Part shown: positions 38,903 to 49,189 of the stretch, in pieces
Position numbering within the stretch: the stretch's first letter is position 1
Layout of the letters: each line of letters begins with the position of its first letter
NCBI GenBank assembly: GCA_965246895.1
Contig: OZ251993.1
Location: 640,490 to 704,489, forward strand
Reading direction: 5' to 3'
DNA from: Alphaproteobacteria bacterium
Lineage (GTDB): Bacteria > Pseudomonadota > Alphaproteobacteria > JAIXQD01
DNA: 64,000 bases
Program-made: the position numbers and the translations under genes
The notes under the pieces: model-generated
Told to the model about the DNA's origin: nothing
Database searches by the model: none
The model's input: the letters and a program-made list of their open reading frames with translations, nothing else

Positions 38903-39007
38903 TTGACATTACTTTCTTAATAAGATATATCTATTGGTAACGAACAATTTGGCTCTTTTAGCCCTCCGCCTGCCTTTGCGCCGCGGAATGGCTGGAAGGG
39001 CTTTTTG
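38903..39007 (+). ncRNA. Candidate small RNA: sigma70-like promoter (TTGACA-17-TATATC) plus Rho-independent terminator ~70 nt downstream
   Basis: TTGACA 38903-38908, TATATC 38926-38931; hairpin agccctcc...ggaagggct + TTTTT at ~38960-39006. Confidence 0.35.
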
Positions 39008-39264
39008 CGTTCTGATGGGTCGTTAGCTCCTGCAGAGGTGGCGGCAAGTTGGGCAATCCCTCGCCAGGCGAAGCGCGAGGCGGTTCTGCTGTGTCTTCCA
39101 GGCATGGCAAGAAGGCTCGGCGCGTATCTTTGGCAGTCTGTACCCACCGGAAGCAGGGTGCAGAAGAATAGGGTCACTACCACCAAGCCGGATCCACGGA
39201 GGATTGCGGCCAAGACCCATATCTGAACCTTTAAAAAGCCGTATCGCCCTTCCATATCGAGCCA

Positions 39265-39921
39265 ATGCGTCCCCTTGCGACCAACAAACCTTATCTTTGG
39301 GCAGAATTTTTTGCTCTGTTTATCGGCATTCCACTCATGCTGCTGGCCAGCGTCGCCCCGCAGATGCCGCGTTGGCCCAAGTTCGCGATCCTGTGGATCG
39401 CGACCGCCATGGTGCTGCATTATCTGCATAAACAGCCGGGATTCACCTGGCGCAAGCTCTGGCACGGGCACAAAGTCTCCGACCGCAGGCTGTGGCAGCG
39501 GCTCGGCTTGCTGGCACTCTGCTGCGTGCCACTCACGCTGATTGCCTGGAAGCTGGTGCCAGATCGGCTGTTTTGGCTGCCGCGCGAGCGCCCGGAATTC
39601 CTGATCCTGATCGTCGTGTTCTATCCACTGCTCTCAGCCTTGCCGCAAGAAATCATCTATCGCAGCTTTTTCTTCCGTCGCTATGCGCCACTGTTCGGCG
39701 AAGGGGCGGGGATGATCGCCTGCAGCGCCGCCGCTTTCGGCTTCGTACATGTGATGTTTGGCAATTTCGTCTCGCCGCTACTTTCGATGATCGGCGGGTT
39801 GGTATTCGCGAAAGGCTATAGCGACGATCATTCCTTGAAATGGGCGACGATCGAGCACGGCCTTTATGGCTGCGCCGTCTTCATCATCGGCCTTGGAACA
39901 TACTTCATTTTTCCGCGGTAA
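39265..39921 (+). CDS. CPBP-family (CAAX) intramembrane metalloprotease
   Basis: EIIYRSFFF and FGFVHV motifs; multiple TMs. Confidence 0.7.
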   Translation: MRPLATNKPYLWAEFFALFIGIPLMLLASVAPQMPRWPKFAILWIATAMVLHYLHKQPGFTWRKLWHGHKVSDRRLWQRLGLLALCCVPLTLIAWKLVPDRLFWLPRERPEFLILIVVFYPLLSALPQEIIYRSFFFRRYAPLFGEGAGMIACSAAAFGFVHVMFGNFVSPLLSMIGGLVFAKGYSDDHSLKWATIEHGLYGCAVFIIGLGTYFIFPR

Positions 39922-40774
39922 AAGCCGCCTTCAGCTCCACCGGATAGTCGGTAATGAAACCTAACTGCGACAGATGCGCCAGCTTGATCGCAGCCTCGCG
40001 ACACTGTTGGATGACGTTAGCCAACGGCAGCACTTGATCCTGCCAGATGTTCACGGTCGCTCCCGCTGGCACGGCAGGCACATCATCATCTGAAAAACGG
40101 CTTAGCGGCAAATGCAGCGTTATGCCCGGCGTCACGCGTAGCACGGTTTCCATATTATCCTGTGTGAAGGTCAGACAACCTGGCTCGTCCTTCGCGACAA
40201 ATAATTGCGCCAACCGCGCGCCCGGCAGCATGCCGCGCAAAATCCGAAGATCGACGGCGCGGAAGGAGGAGAACAGCGTCTGCCCCAGCAGCCCCGCGCC
40301 ATGCACGTCATGCAAAATCGCTGTGATAAAGCCAGTTTGCGCCGCCTCACCAAAGCTTTCGCCCGTGCCTTGCAAGCCTTTGATTTCAAGGTTAAGAAAA
40401 CGCGTGCCTGTTAAGTACGGTTTTGCAGCAGCCAGCAAAGCCTGCAACGTTGGCATGCGATCTTTGGCACCGCCACGATGGCCCACAGTCAGCGTCATCA
40501 GCGTTTCCAAACTCAACTGTGCCGTCAGGCTAGCTTCAGCTGAGGGAGGGAATATGTGGTCGGCAAGCTTTGCGCTGTGCGTGACGACAAGCCCATCCCG
40601 TGCCGGCACGACGTCGAACTCGATAAAATCTGCGCCTGCCACAAAGGCGCCGATCAGGCTTTCTAATGTGTTCTCCGGCGGCAGCTCTGCCTCATCACGA
40701 TACTGCGCGCGCGCAGCCTCGCTGTCGGTCGCGCCTAACCCGCGGTGTCCGCCGATGAGGATGCGCTGGGTCAT
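39905..40774 (-). CDS. Glycerophosphodiester phosphodiesterase (GDPD family)
   Basis: GHRG, ENT, EFDV motifs; ATGA overlap with upstream NUDIX gene. Confidence 0.75.
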   Translation of the reverse strand: MTQRILIGGHRGLGATDSEAARAQYRDEAELPPENTLESLIGAFVAGADFIEFDVVPARDGLVVTHSAKLADHIFPPSAEASLTAQLSLETLMTLTVGHRGGAKDRMPTLQALLAAAKPYLTGTRFLNLEIKGLQGTGESFGEAAQTGFITAILHDVHGAGLLGQTLFSSFRAVDLRILRGMLPGARLAQLFVAKDEPGCLTFTQDNMETVLRVTPGITLHLPLSRFSDDDVPAVPAGATVNIWQDQVLPLANVIQQCREAAIKLAHLSQLGFITDYPVELKAAFTAEK

Positions 40775-41319
40775 AGCTCGAACAGCTGTTCCGTTCGGCG
40801 ATACAGCCGGTAGTTCTGGATGTCGTCCGGCATCAGCTGCATGGCTTCGGGCAGCGTCACCCAGCGCGGTTGCTTGTCACTTTCCTGCGGCGTTAGAGGT
40901 GCGCGGCTGTCGGCGATCACGAGAAAACGCAGATCGTACAAGGTGCAAGGCAGGCGCGGATTATAAGCGAGACCAATCACGCTGATGTCAAACAAAGTAA
41001 TATTAGTATCCACCGGCACCCCCGCTTCCTGCATCACTTCGCGTTGTACAGTGCAAATAACGGTGCCGTCCTCCGGCTCGTACTTGCCGCCTGGGTTGAG
41101 CCACAAGTTCAACTTATCATTGCGGATCACGAGCAGCTTTTGCGCATTTAGGTCAACCACCCAGCCAGCAGCGGTCAAGCAGCCACCGGCGCTGCGCCCT
41201 GTTGCAGGATTGAGTTCGGAAAAGAATTTACTGAACGCCTGCTTATCAGCCGCTTCTCGGGCGTCGAATGGCTGATGCGCATCCAGCAGCTTTCGCGCAT
41301 ACGCAACATCCAGCGTCAT
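40771..41319 (-). CDS. NUDIX hydrolase
   Basis: Nudix box GGKYEPEDGTVICTVQREVMQEAG. Confidence 0.75.
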   Translation of the reverse strand: MTLDVAYARKLLDAHQPFDAREAADKQAFSKFFSELNPATGRSAGGCLTAAGWVVDLNAQKLLVIRNDKLNLWLNPGGKYEPEDGTVICTVQREVMQEAGVPVDTNITLFDISVIGLAYNPRLPCTLYDLRFLVIADSRAPLTPQESDKQPRWVTLPEAMQLMPDDIQNYRLYRRTEQLFEL

Positions 41320-42212
41320 CAGGCAATCACATCCGGGGAAACGTTGATCTCGGCGGCAATCGCCCGCTTGATATAGTCGAGCGTCAGGCTGCCGCTCTCA
41401 TGCCCGTCTTTCACAAAGCGTGCGCAGGCGCCGTCCATCGCCATGATGGATTTATCGGGATTGTTGCGGTTCTTGACGTAACGCGTGGCCAGTTGCGCGA
41501 TCTGCGTGCAGGCCTCGTCCGTGATTGTGATGTTAAAATGCTGCTCGTATCCGCGGCGAATGCCTTTTAAAATATTCACCGTCTCGGCTTCGTTCGGGGC
41601 TTTCAGTACGATTTTCTGGAAGCGGCGATCGACGGCCAGGTCGCGCCGCACATGCTCGTCATATTCAACTTCAGTCGTAGCACCGATCACCTGCAGATTG
41701 CCGACCGTAAGGTAAGGCTTCAGCACATCGGCAATGCCACTTGCCGACGATGCCGTGCAGCTCCGCATAATCGTGTGCAATTCGTCGAGGCAGATGATGA
41801 TCTGCGCGCCATTGCGGGCGGCGCGCGCTGCATCGTTGCGCTCGCCGACGCCACGAATGAATGGGATCAACCGGCCTTCCAGCGCACCGCGCGACTCTGT
41901 ACCGGCACCCAGCAGCGCCAGGTCGAGTTCCAGCACGCGGGCATGCTCCAGTGATTTTGGCATACCGTTGCCCGCCACAATCTTTTGGGCGAGGGCATTG
42001 AACAACGCCGTCTTCCCGGTGCCGGCACCGCCTAGCAGCGCCACGTTCGAGCGTCCGCGGTGCAGCAAGATTGTGATGATGAGGTCGATCTCCGCCTCGC
42101 GGCCGACAATCGGGTCGTTCCGACCTTCGCGGGCGCGGTCCGTCAGATCGTTGCAGAACCGCTGGGCTAGCGCTTCGAATTCTTCATCGGGTATTTTAAA
42201 GGCTGCGGTCAT
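41319..42212 (-). CDS. Stand-alone AAA+ ATPase homologous to the D1 module of ClpA/ClpB (no N-domain, no D2)
   Basis: Colinear with the Clp D1 consensus: DPIVGRE.EI, Walker A GGAGTGKTA, IICLDELHT, sensor/arginine-finger region RRFQKIVL; 297 aa. Confidence 0.7.
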   Translation of the reverse strand: MTAAFKIPDEEFEALAQRFCNDLTDRAREGRNDPIVGREAEIDLIITILLHRGRSNVALLGGAGTGKTALFNALAQKIVAGNGMPKSLEHARVLELDLALLGAGTESRGALEGRLIPFIRGVGERNDAARAARNGAQIIICLDELHTIMRSCTASSASGIADVLKPYLTVGNLQVIGATTEVEYDEHVRRDLAVDRRFQKIVLKAPNEAETVNILKGIRRGYEQHFNITITDEACTQIAQLATRYVKNRNNPDKSIMAMDGACARFVKDGHESGSLTLDYIKRAIAAEINVSPDVIA

Positions 42213-42245
42213 GGCATTAGTCTAAACGCGCTTGCCCGTTTAAGC

Positions 42246-42593
42246 CTAGCCAAGATGTAGTGATGGCGCGTCTGGCAGCATAACAAGTTTGACACTTGGG
42301 TCACGGTCCCGCAAACCCAGCATAAAATCATCTTCCGGCCCATCGGCTAGCACATGAACGCGCAGCCCGGCGGCGTTATGCTTGAACCTTTGTACCACGC
42401 TCAGGCCTTCATCGATGCTATCGGCATAAGCGCAGCTGTCGAGCGGGTAAGAAACCCCCTCATAAGTTCCACGACCCGGCCACTCTACCATAACAAAAAT
42501 CGGCGCTTGTATTGGGCCGCAAATCGCACGCTTAGGATTGAGGATTGCCTGCACTTGTTCGTAGGGGCGTACGAAAAACATATCTAACGGCAT
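42246..42593 (-). CDS. Hypothetical protein
   Basis: 115-aa ORF, no motif. Confidence 0.35.
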   Translation of the reverse strand: MPLDMFFVRPYEQVQAILNPKRAICGPIQAPIFVMVEWPGRGTYEGVSYPLDSCAYADSIDEGLSVVQRFKHNAAGLRVHVLADGPEDDFMLGLRDRDPSVKLVMLPDAPSLHLG

Positions 42594-42710
42594 TTATGCG
42601 CTCCAAAAGTAATTTCGGGACTATTACAAAATTGGCTTTACTAATGCAAGCACTCTGGACGCTGGGGTTAATCGTCCTTACCGTGCAAGCATTATTTAAG
42701 GAGTCCGCGC

Positions 42711-43415
42711 ATGGCGCAAAAAACTTACGATAACGCCCAGGCTGCGCTGGCCGGGTTGCTGCAGGATAACCTGCTGATCGCCAGTGGCGGCTTTGGCCTC
42801 TGCGGTATCCCGGAGCACTGCCTGGCCGCGATCAAGGCAAGCGGCGTTAAGGGTCTGACCTTCGTCAGCAACAACGCAGGCGTCGATGGCTTCGGAATCG
42901 GCCAGCTGCTGGACGGTCGGCAGGTCAAGAAAATGATCTCGTCTTATGTCGGCGAGAACAAGCTATTCGCAGAACTGTTTCTGTCAGGTGAGCTTGAGGT
43001 CGAGTTCAACCCGCAAGGAACGTTGGCCGAACGCATGCGCGCGGGCGGGGCGGGCATTCCGGCCTTTTACACAAAAACCGGCGTCGGCACGCTGGTCGCC
43101 GAGGGCAAGGAAATCCGCAGCTTCAATGGCGAGGATTACGTGATGGAGCAGGGGATCATCGCTGATCTCGCCATCGTCAAGGCGTGGAAGGGCGACCGCG
43201 CTGGCAATCTCATCTACCGGAAGACGGCGCGCAACTTCAACCCGATGGCCGCCACCTGTGGCCGCGTGACGGTGGCCGAGGTTGAGGAGCTGGTTGAAGT
43301 CGGCCAGCTCGACCCCGATTGCATCGATACACCCGGCATCTACGTGCAGCGGCTCTTCCAAGGCGACCACTTCGAAAAACGCATCGAGCAACGCACGCTG
43401 CGTGAAAGGAAATAA
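42711..43415 (+). CDS. scoA: Succinyl-CoA:3-ketoacid CoA transferase subunit A
   Basis: RBS AAGGAG; N-terminal family sequence [15 protein letters not shown]. Confidence 0.9.
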   Translation: MAQKTYDNAQAALAGLLQDNLLIASGGFGLCGIPEHCLAAIKASGVKGLTFVSNNAGVDGFGIGQLLDGRQVKKMISSYVGENKLFAELFLSGELEVEFNPQGTLAERMRAGGAGIPAFYTKTGVGTLVAEGKEIRSFNGEDYVMEQGIIADLAIVKAWKGDRAGNLIYRKTARNFNPMAATCGRVTVAEVEELVEVGQLDPDCIDTPGIYVQRLFQGDHFEKRIEQRTLRERK

Positions 43416-43417
43416 TC

Positions 43418-44062
43418 ATGCCGCTAACCCGCGATGAACTGGCGCAACGCGCCGCGACCCATCTTGAAGATGGCTTCTATGTAAACCTCGGCATCGGCAT
43501 CCCGACACTGGTTTCCAACTATATCCCGGATGGCATGCAGGTCACGCTGCAAAGCGAGAACGGCATGCTGGGTATCGGCCCCTTCCCATACGAGGGCGAG
43601 GAAGACCCTGACCTCATCAATGCCGGCAAACAGACGGTGACGGAAATGCCTGGCACATCCTATTTCAACAGCGCCGACAGCTTCGCCATGATCCGTGGTG
43701 GGCACGTCGATATCGCCATTCTCGGCGCTATGCAGGTTAGTGAGACAGGCGATATCGCCAACTGGATGATCCCGGGCAAGCTGGTCAAGGGCATGGGCGG
43801 GGCAATGGATTTGGTTGCCGGCGTCAAAAAGATCGTCGTCGTGATGGAACATGCCGCCAAAGGCGAGAGCAAGGTCGTGCCGAGCTGCACGCTGCCGCTG
43901 ACCGGTAAAGGCGTTGTCGATGATCTGATTACCGACCTTGGCGAATTCAGCTTCAACGCGCCGGGCCGCGAAGGCAAGCTGACGCTGGTCAAGCTTGCCC
44001 CCGGCGTGACGTTGGAGGAAATTACGGCGCAGACGACAGCAAAGTTCGAAACGGCGCTTTAA
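43418..44062 (+). CDS. scoB: Succinyl-CoA:3-ketoacid CoA transferase subunit B
   Basis: Immediately follows scoA; family signature ...SENG... region. Confidence 0.9.
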   Translation: MPLTRDELAQRAATHLEDGFYVNLGIGIPTLVSNYIPDGMQVTLQSENGMLGIGPFPYEGEEDPDLINAGKQTVTEMPGTSYFNSADSFAMIRGGHVDIAILGAMQVSETGDIANWMIPGKLVKGMGGAMDLVAGVKKIVVVMEHAAKGESKVVPSCTLPLTGKGVVDDLITDLGEFSFNAPGREGKLTLVKLAPGVTLEEITAQTTAKFETAL

Positions 44063-44748
44063 AACTTTATAACTAATGGTGGCTTAGTAACGGCGACTGC
44101 TGAACGAAACGGCAGAATAATGCCTGTGCTTGATTCACTATTCTCTATTGGCTTCGGAACAGGCTGCCAACGACTGCCTTCTAGCATAACAATATCAATC
44201 TCACCCTGAAAAACACCGCTTTCCCGCTCCATTAATAGAGCTTGTGCGCCAAACCGTTCAGCGATTTTACGGTCCTGCACAGCATGAATAAGACGGTGCA
44301 ATTTTTTCTCGACTGGCACGATACGGCGATGGGCTCTGCGTCGCCACCACTTCAAAGTCTTTTTCCAATCGGCATGTGGCGAAAGATCAATCGGGCATGT
44401 CATTATCTGGATAGCGTGATGCAAATCCATCTCTTCTAATTGGGCGCGGCGCTCTTTATAGATTTCCTTGCGGCGTGCCTCGGACAAATTATCGTAATTC
44501 AATTCAACATCGAGCCGTAAAGTGCGACGTGCTAGATCCCAATGCTGTCTTTTAATGACTTGTGTAAACCCTTTGCGCACATAAGCGTTTTCCTTTGCGG
44601 TCAGGATCCTTACTCGATGACGCTCGAAATGAAGTCCGCAGCGTTCCAGCTGTTCAACGCGTGATTCATGCTGGCGCGGTGCAGGCCGAAGATTAATGGG
44701 GAATGGCGACGATTCTGCGAGGAGAGCGAGTTTAATGTCAGGCTGCAT
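44059..44748 (-). CDS. Hypothetical basic protein (lower GC, possibly acquired)
   Basis: 229-aa ORF, Arg/Lys-rich, AT-richer than surroundings. Confidence 0.4.
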   Translation of the reverse strand: MQPDIKLALLAESSPFPINLRPAPRQHESRVEQLERCGLHFERHRVRILTAKENAYVRKGFTQVIKRQHWDLARRTLRLDVELNYDNLSEARRKEIYKERRAQLEEMDLHHAIQIMTCPIDLSPHADWKKTLKWWRRRAHRRIVPVEKKLHRLIHAVQDRKIAERFGAQALLMERESGVFQGEIDIVMLEGSRWQPVPKPIENSESSTGIILPFRSAVAVTKPPLVIKF

Positions 44749-44854
44749 ATCTTAGTCCATCGCAGACAATGCGATTCTGCCACAGCATTGTTAGGCTTGG
44801 CCGTCTTCACGAAGCACCCTAGCGTTGGAGCTTCGGGCCGCATAAACTGCTACT

Positions 44855-45436
44855 GTGTTACTTTCCACTGCCAATCTAGCTGTTCATCGCGGCACGCATT
44901 TGCTGGTCGATGATTTCACCTGTGCCATCGCGCCCGGCGAGGCCACGTGGCTAACAGGGCCGAATGGCGTTGGCAAGTCGACGTTGTTGCGCGTATTAGC
45001 AGGCTTACAGCCGCCATTGCGTGGGAGCGTCAAAATCAACAGCGATTATCTCTATCAGCCCAGCGAAACCGGGTTCGATGCCGGGCTGACGGTCACGCAA
45101 AATCTTGAATGGTGGTGCGCCGTTAATGAAGCATGGCAAATGCCAATTTCCGCAGCATTAGCGGCATGGCAGCTTACCCCGCAGGCCGACCAGATTCACG
45201 CCAGCCTGTCACAAGGGCAAAAACAACGCGCGGCGCTGGCGCGGCTCTCACTCAACCCGGCAAAACTCTGGCTACTGGACGAGCCACTAGCGCATCTGGA
45301 TCAGCAGGGTGAACAACTGTTTCAGGCTGCAGTTACAACGCATTTGCAGAACGGTGGGGCCATGATCGCCGCTACGCATGCAACCACGCTGCTATCGCAA
45401 GCGCGCGTGATTCAGTTGGGGGCTGCCATTGTTTAG
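44855..45436 (+). CDS. ccmA: Heme exporter ATP-binding protein CcmA (GTG start)
   Basis: Walker A GPNGVGKST; ABC signature LSQGQKQR. Confidence 0.85.
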   Translation: MLLSTANLAVHRGTHLLVDDFTCAIAPGEATWLTGPNGVGKSTLLRVLAGLQPPLRGSVKINSDYLYQPSETGFDAGLTVTQNLEWWCAVNEAWQMPISAALAAWQLTPQADQIHASLSQGQKQRAALARLSLNPAKLWLLDEPLAHLDQQGEQLFQAAVTTHLQNGGAMIAATHATTLLSQARVIQLGAAIV

Positions 45437-46070
45437 CGCGCTTCTTAAACGAGAGTTCCGTGTGCTTTGCGCCAGCCGTGCGCAACTGCTGACCTTGGCC
45501 GCTTATCCGTTATTGCTGCTGCTGGTCGGGGCGCTGGCGCTCGATCTGCCGCAACAGGAGCAAGGCGTGCGCGTGGCGCTGCTGTTGATTGCCTTCGCGC
45601 TGTTGCCGCTCAACCTGGTCGGTACTGTATGGCAGGCCGATCTCGGTTCGGGTGCGCTTATCCAATTGCGCCACACCCTGCTAATCGTTGTTTGGGCACG
45701 GTATGTGGCTATGCTACTTGGTATCCTCTTGCCTTTAACGATCCTGCTGCTTGCAGTAGCAGCCCTGCTGCTAAATATTGAGGTTCAGCCACTGGCCTTG
45801 CCGTTGCTGCTGGCCTTGCCAAGCCTAACCGGGTTATTGCTGTTAGTCGCCGCACTGCTGCCGGGGGCGGGTGATCAAAACGCCTTGCCAGCATTGCTGC
45901 TGCTGCCTTTAGCTGTGCCGGTCATCGTGTTATCGACGTTGGCTGTCACTGCTCCAATCGGCCTCGCTACGGCAGCCACGTATTGGCTCGCCGCGCTGGC
46001 GGTACTCAGCTTGGGCCTGTTGCCACCCGCTGTTGTTGTAGCGTTGCGGCACAAGCTGGCTTCGGTGTAG
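45429..46070 (+). CDS. ccmB: Heme exporter permease CcmB
   Basis: 6-TM protein in ccm context. Confidence 0.85.
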   Translation: MFSALLKREFRVLCASRAQLLTLAAYPLLLLLVGALALDLPQQEQGVRVALLLIAFALLPLNLVGTVWQADLGSGALIQLRHTLLIVVWARYVAMLLGILLPLTILLLAVAALLLNIEVQPLALPLLLALPSLTGLLLLVAALLPGAGDQNALPALLLLPLAVPVIVLSTLAVTAPIGLATAATYWLAALAVLSLGLLPPAVVVALRHKLASV

Positions 46071-46078
46071 AAAGCCAT

Positions 46079-46804
46079 ATGTTCGCATTCGCCAACCCTA
46101 ACCGCTTTTTCCGCATGAGTGGGCGCATCCAGCCATGGCTGGCGGCCCTAGCCGTTATGCTGCTTGGCTATGGCTTGTGGCAGGCGCTTGTCGTCTCCCC
46201 CCCGGACTATCAGCAGGGCGAGACGGTACGCATCATGTATATCCATGTGCCCGCTGCTTGGCTGGCAATGGGGATCTATACCAGCATGGCGATCGCGGCT
46301 TGCGTCAGTTTGATCTGGGGCCATCTGCTTGCGGAGCTTTACTGCCGTGCCGCGGCACCCTTGGGCGCAGCGATGACGGCGCTATGCTTGATCACAGGCA
46401 GCCTATGGGGCGCGCCAATGTGGGGCACCTGGTGGGTATGGGATGCGCGGCTGACGAGCGTCTTGGTGCTATTCTTTTTCTATCTCGGCTATCTGGCATT
46501 GGTGCGAGAAACAACGCCTGCGCCCGGCAGCGATAAAGCTTCGTCGATCCTGCTGCTGGTCGGCTTCGTCAATCTGCCGATCGTAAAGTTTTCGGTCGAT
46601 TGGTGGGCGACGCTGCATCAACCCGCAGGTGCAATCAAGCTCGGCAAGCAAGGCCTCAACTCGACGCTCGATCCATCTATGCTGCAACCGCTGCTACTTA
46701 TGGGCGCGGCTTATTTCTGTGGCTTCGCCGTACTGGTGCTAATGCGTTTGCAAACTGAATACGCACAGCGTCGCGACATGCTAGCAGCCCTCAAGGTGAT
46801 CTGA
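46079..46804 (+). CDS. ccmC: Heme exporter protein CcmC
   Basis: WWxWD tryptophan-rich motif GTWWVWDARL; start taken at ATG 46079 rather than 45983. Confidence 0.85.
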   Translation: MFAFANPNRFFRMSGRIQPWLAALAVMLLGYGLWQALVVSPPDYQQGETVRIMYIHVPAAWLAMGIYTSMAIAACVSLIWGHLLAELYCRAAAPLGAAMTALCLITGSLWGAPMWGTWWVWDARLTSVLVLFFFYLGYLALVRETTPAPGSDKASSILLLVGFVNLPIVKFSVDWWATLHQPAGAIKLGKQGLNSTLDPSMLQPLLLMGAAYFCGFAVLVLMRLQTEYAQRRDMLAALKVI

Positions 46805-46905
46805 TGGATTGGTCTGCCGCCCATGCCGATTATGTGATTGCCGCTTATGCCATAGCTTTCGTGATCATCCTCGGCTGCGTGTTCTTTACCTGGCGGGGCA
46901 AATGA
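46804..46905 (+). CDS. ccmD: Heme exporter protein CcmD (33 aa, not in ORF track)
   Basis: MDWSAAHADYVIAAYAIAFVIILGCVFFTWRGK; ATG overlaps ccmC stop (TGATG) and its stop overlaps ccmE start (ATGA). Confidence 0.6.
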   Translation: MDWSAAHADYVIAAYAIAFVIILGCVFFTWRGK

Positions 46906-47318
46906 CAATCCGTCAGCGCCGACTTGTCCTCATCCTCACAATCCTGATTTCAGTTGGCACCGCCGTTGGCCTTACGCTGCGCGGCCTGAATGAGAATATC
47001 AGCTTCTACCGCACCCCGACGCAGCTGCTGGCGGAAACGAACCTGGCTCAAACCTATCGTATTGGTGGCATGGTGGTGGTAGGTTCAGTCACGCGTGGCG
47101 CGATCAACAGCTTTCGACTGACAGACACGACAACCGAGCTACCGGTGCAGTACAGCGGCGCACTGCCCGACCTGTTCCGCGAAGGGCAGGGGCTGGTTGT
47201 CGAGGGGCATCTACAGCCAAATGGCACACTGAGCGCCACGCAAGTACTCGCCAAACATGACGAACGCTACATGCCGCCGGAAGCGGCCCGCGCTCTGTTG
47301 AAGGCGCAGCAAAAGTGA
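46902..47318 (+). CDS. ccmE: Cytochrome c-type biogenesis heme chaperone CcmE
   Basis: TM anchor + OB-fold; start MTIRQRRL. Confidence 0.85.
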   Translation: MTIRQRRLVLILTILISVGTAVGLTLRGLNENISFYRTPTQLLAETNLAQTYRIGGMVVVGSVTRGAINSFRLTDTTTELPVQYSGALPDLFREGQGLVVEGHLQPNGTLSATQVLAKHDERYMPPEAARALLKAQQK

Positions 47319-49189
47319 GTTTCCCGGAGCTTGGGCATTTCGCGCTGGTGTTAGCGCTGGCCGTCAGTTGCATTGCCGCGATGCCGTTGCGCATGTCGCT
47401 GGCGGCAAATCCGCAATGGCAAGCTTTTGGTAACCGCGCAGCGATCATCACATTCATGCTGGTCGCATTCAGCTTCGCCACGCTGATTTATGCCTTCGCC
47501 ACCTCTGACTTCTCACTAGCGTTGATCGCCGCCCATAGCCAGACGCAACAGCCGTTCGCTTATAAAATAGCTGCCGCGTGGGGCCAGCACGAAGGCTCGC
47601 TCTTGTTGTGGCTGCTGATTCTTACCGGTTGCGGCGCGATGCTAGCTTGGCGGGAGCGCTTACTGCCGCTTGCCATCAAAGCCACCGCCTTAGCCGCGCT
47701 GGCCGCGCTATCGGCCGCTTTCGCCGCGCTCAGCCTCATCACGAGCAACCCGTTCGCGCGACTGATCGAAGCGCCACTAGAAGGCCGCGACCTAAACCCG
47801 CTGTTACAGGATCCTGGTCTCGTGTTGCATCCGCCGCTGCTCTATCTTGGCTATGTCGGCTATTCCGTTTGCTTCGCAATCGCTATCGCCGCGCTTATTC
47901 ACGGCACGTTCGACCGGCTTACCGCGCACGCGCTGCGGCCCTGGGCATTGTTTGCTTGGACGGCGCTCACTGCAGGTCTCGCGCTCGGTTCCTGGTGGTC
48001 ATATTACGAACTTGGCTGGGGCGGTTGGTGGTTCTGGGATCCGGTCGAGAATGTCGCGCTTTTGCCGTGGCTCGTCGGTACGGCGCTGCTGCATTCGCTC
48101 AGAACGGTGACAAGCCGGGCAACCCTGCTGCGTTGGACGCTGTGGCTCGCGCTGGCAGCCTTTGCGCTCTCGTTGCTAGGCACCTTCCTTGTGCGCTCCG
48201 GTATTCTCACCTCCGTTCACACCTTCGCAAGCGACCCGGCGCGAGGGCTTGCCATTCTCGCGCTGTTCATGGCAGCAGTCGGCGGTGCTTTTTGGCTCTA
48301 TGCTGCACGGCTACCGAAGCTGCTGCAGGAAACACCGTTTTTGCCGCTGTCGCGTGAAGGGCTGCTGCTGCTCAATAACATCCTGCTTTGCTCCGCGGCG
48401 GGCGTCGTGCTGCTCGGCACGCTCTATCCGCTAATCGTCAGCGCGTTGCGCTTGCCGCCGCTTTCAGTCGGCGCACCGTATTTTAATAGCGCGGCGCTGC
48501 CGCTGCTACTGCCACTTCTGTTCCTGATGCCGCTAGGGATTTTTCTACCTTGGCGAGCGGGCGTGTGGGCGCGACTAAGGCGTATTATCCTGCCGCTTGT
48601 GCTGGCCAATACAGTGGTCGTAATTGCGTATCTATATTATCTTGGCTGGCATGGGGCATTGGCGCTGCTCGGCTTTGTTGGCGGTGTTTGGGCTTTAATC
48701 GGCAACCTATTAGATATGCGGCGGCATTGGCACGCCAGTGACAGGCTACAGTTGTGGCCACGCTGGCTGGCACATCTTGGCCTTGGCATCGCGGTGATCG
48801 GCATGGCCGGCGCGCCGCTGGATTTCGATATGAGCCGCGGCGTACATACCGGTGATCGTTTTAGCTTCGCCCGCTACGATCTAACCGTGGCGCAGTTGAT
48901 ACCACAGACCGGCCTGAACTATACCGATCGTGGGCTGGCACTCGACGTCGCGCAAACAGGTGAGCGGCTAACACCCGTCCAGCGCATCTATTCCGCTGCC
49001 GACATTATGACGACCGAAGCCACGATCCGGAGCGACCTGATCGGCGATTTGTTTGTCACGGTCAGTGCACCTGATGCAGATGGAAAGTATCTGCTACGCC
49101 TCCGCTATCATCCGCTGCAGGTTTGGATCTGGCTGGGCGCAATCCTAATGGCGTTGGGCGGGCTTATCGGTGTGGTATCTAGAAAATGA
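47315..49189 (+). CDS. ccmF: Cytochrome c-type biogenesis protein CcmF
   Basis: 624 aa polytopic; W-rich motif GWGGWWFWDPVEN. Confidence 0.9.
   Translation: MSFPELGHFALVLALAVSCIAAMPLRMSLAANPQWQAFGNRAAIITFMLVAFSFATLIYAFATSDFSLALIAAHSQTQQPFAYKIAAAWGQHEGSLLLWLLILTGCGAMLAWRERLLPLAIKATALAALAALSAAFAALSLITSNPFARLIEAPLEGRDLNPLLQDPGLVLHPPLLYLGYVGYSVCFAIAIAALIHGTFDRLTAHALRPWALFAWTALTAGLALGSWWSYYELGWGGWWFWDPVENVALLPWLVGTALLHSLRTVTSRATLLRWTLWLALAAFALSLLGTFLVRSGILTSVHTFASDPARGLAILALFMAAVGGAFWLYAARLPKLLQETPFLPLSREGLLLLNNILLCSAAGVVLLGTLYPLIVSALRLPPLSVGAPYFNSAALPLLLPLLFLMPLGIFLPWRAGVWARLRRIILPLVLANTVVVIAYLYYLGWHGALALLGFVGGVWALIGNLLDMRRHWHASDRLQLWPRWLAHLGLGIAVIGMAGAPLDFDMSRGVHTGDRFSFARYDLTVAQLIPQTGLNYTDRGLALDVAQTGERLTPVQRIYSAADIMTTEATIRSDLIGDLFVTVSAPDADGKYLLRLRYHPLQVWIWLGAILMALGGLIGVVSRK

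Noticed and set aside
38917-39471. 184-aa minus-strand ORF between the SPFH and CAAX genes
   Set aside because: It has no RBS and odd composition, and it overlaps the predicted promoter/terminator of the sRNA candidate and the CAAX protease start, so it is likely spurious.
45983-46078. Long 5' extension of ccmC overlapping ccmB
   Set aside because: The in-frame ATG at 46079 gives a normal-length CcmC directly after the ccmB stop.
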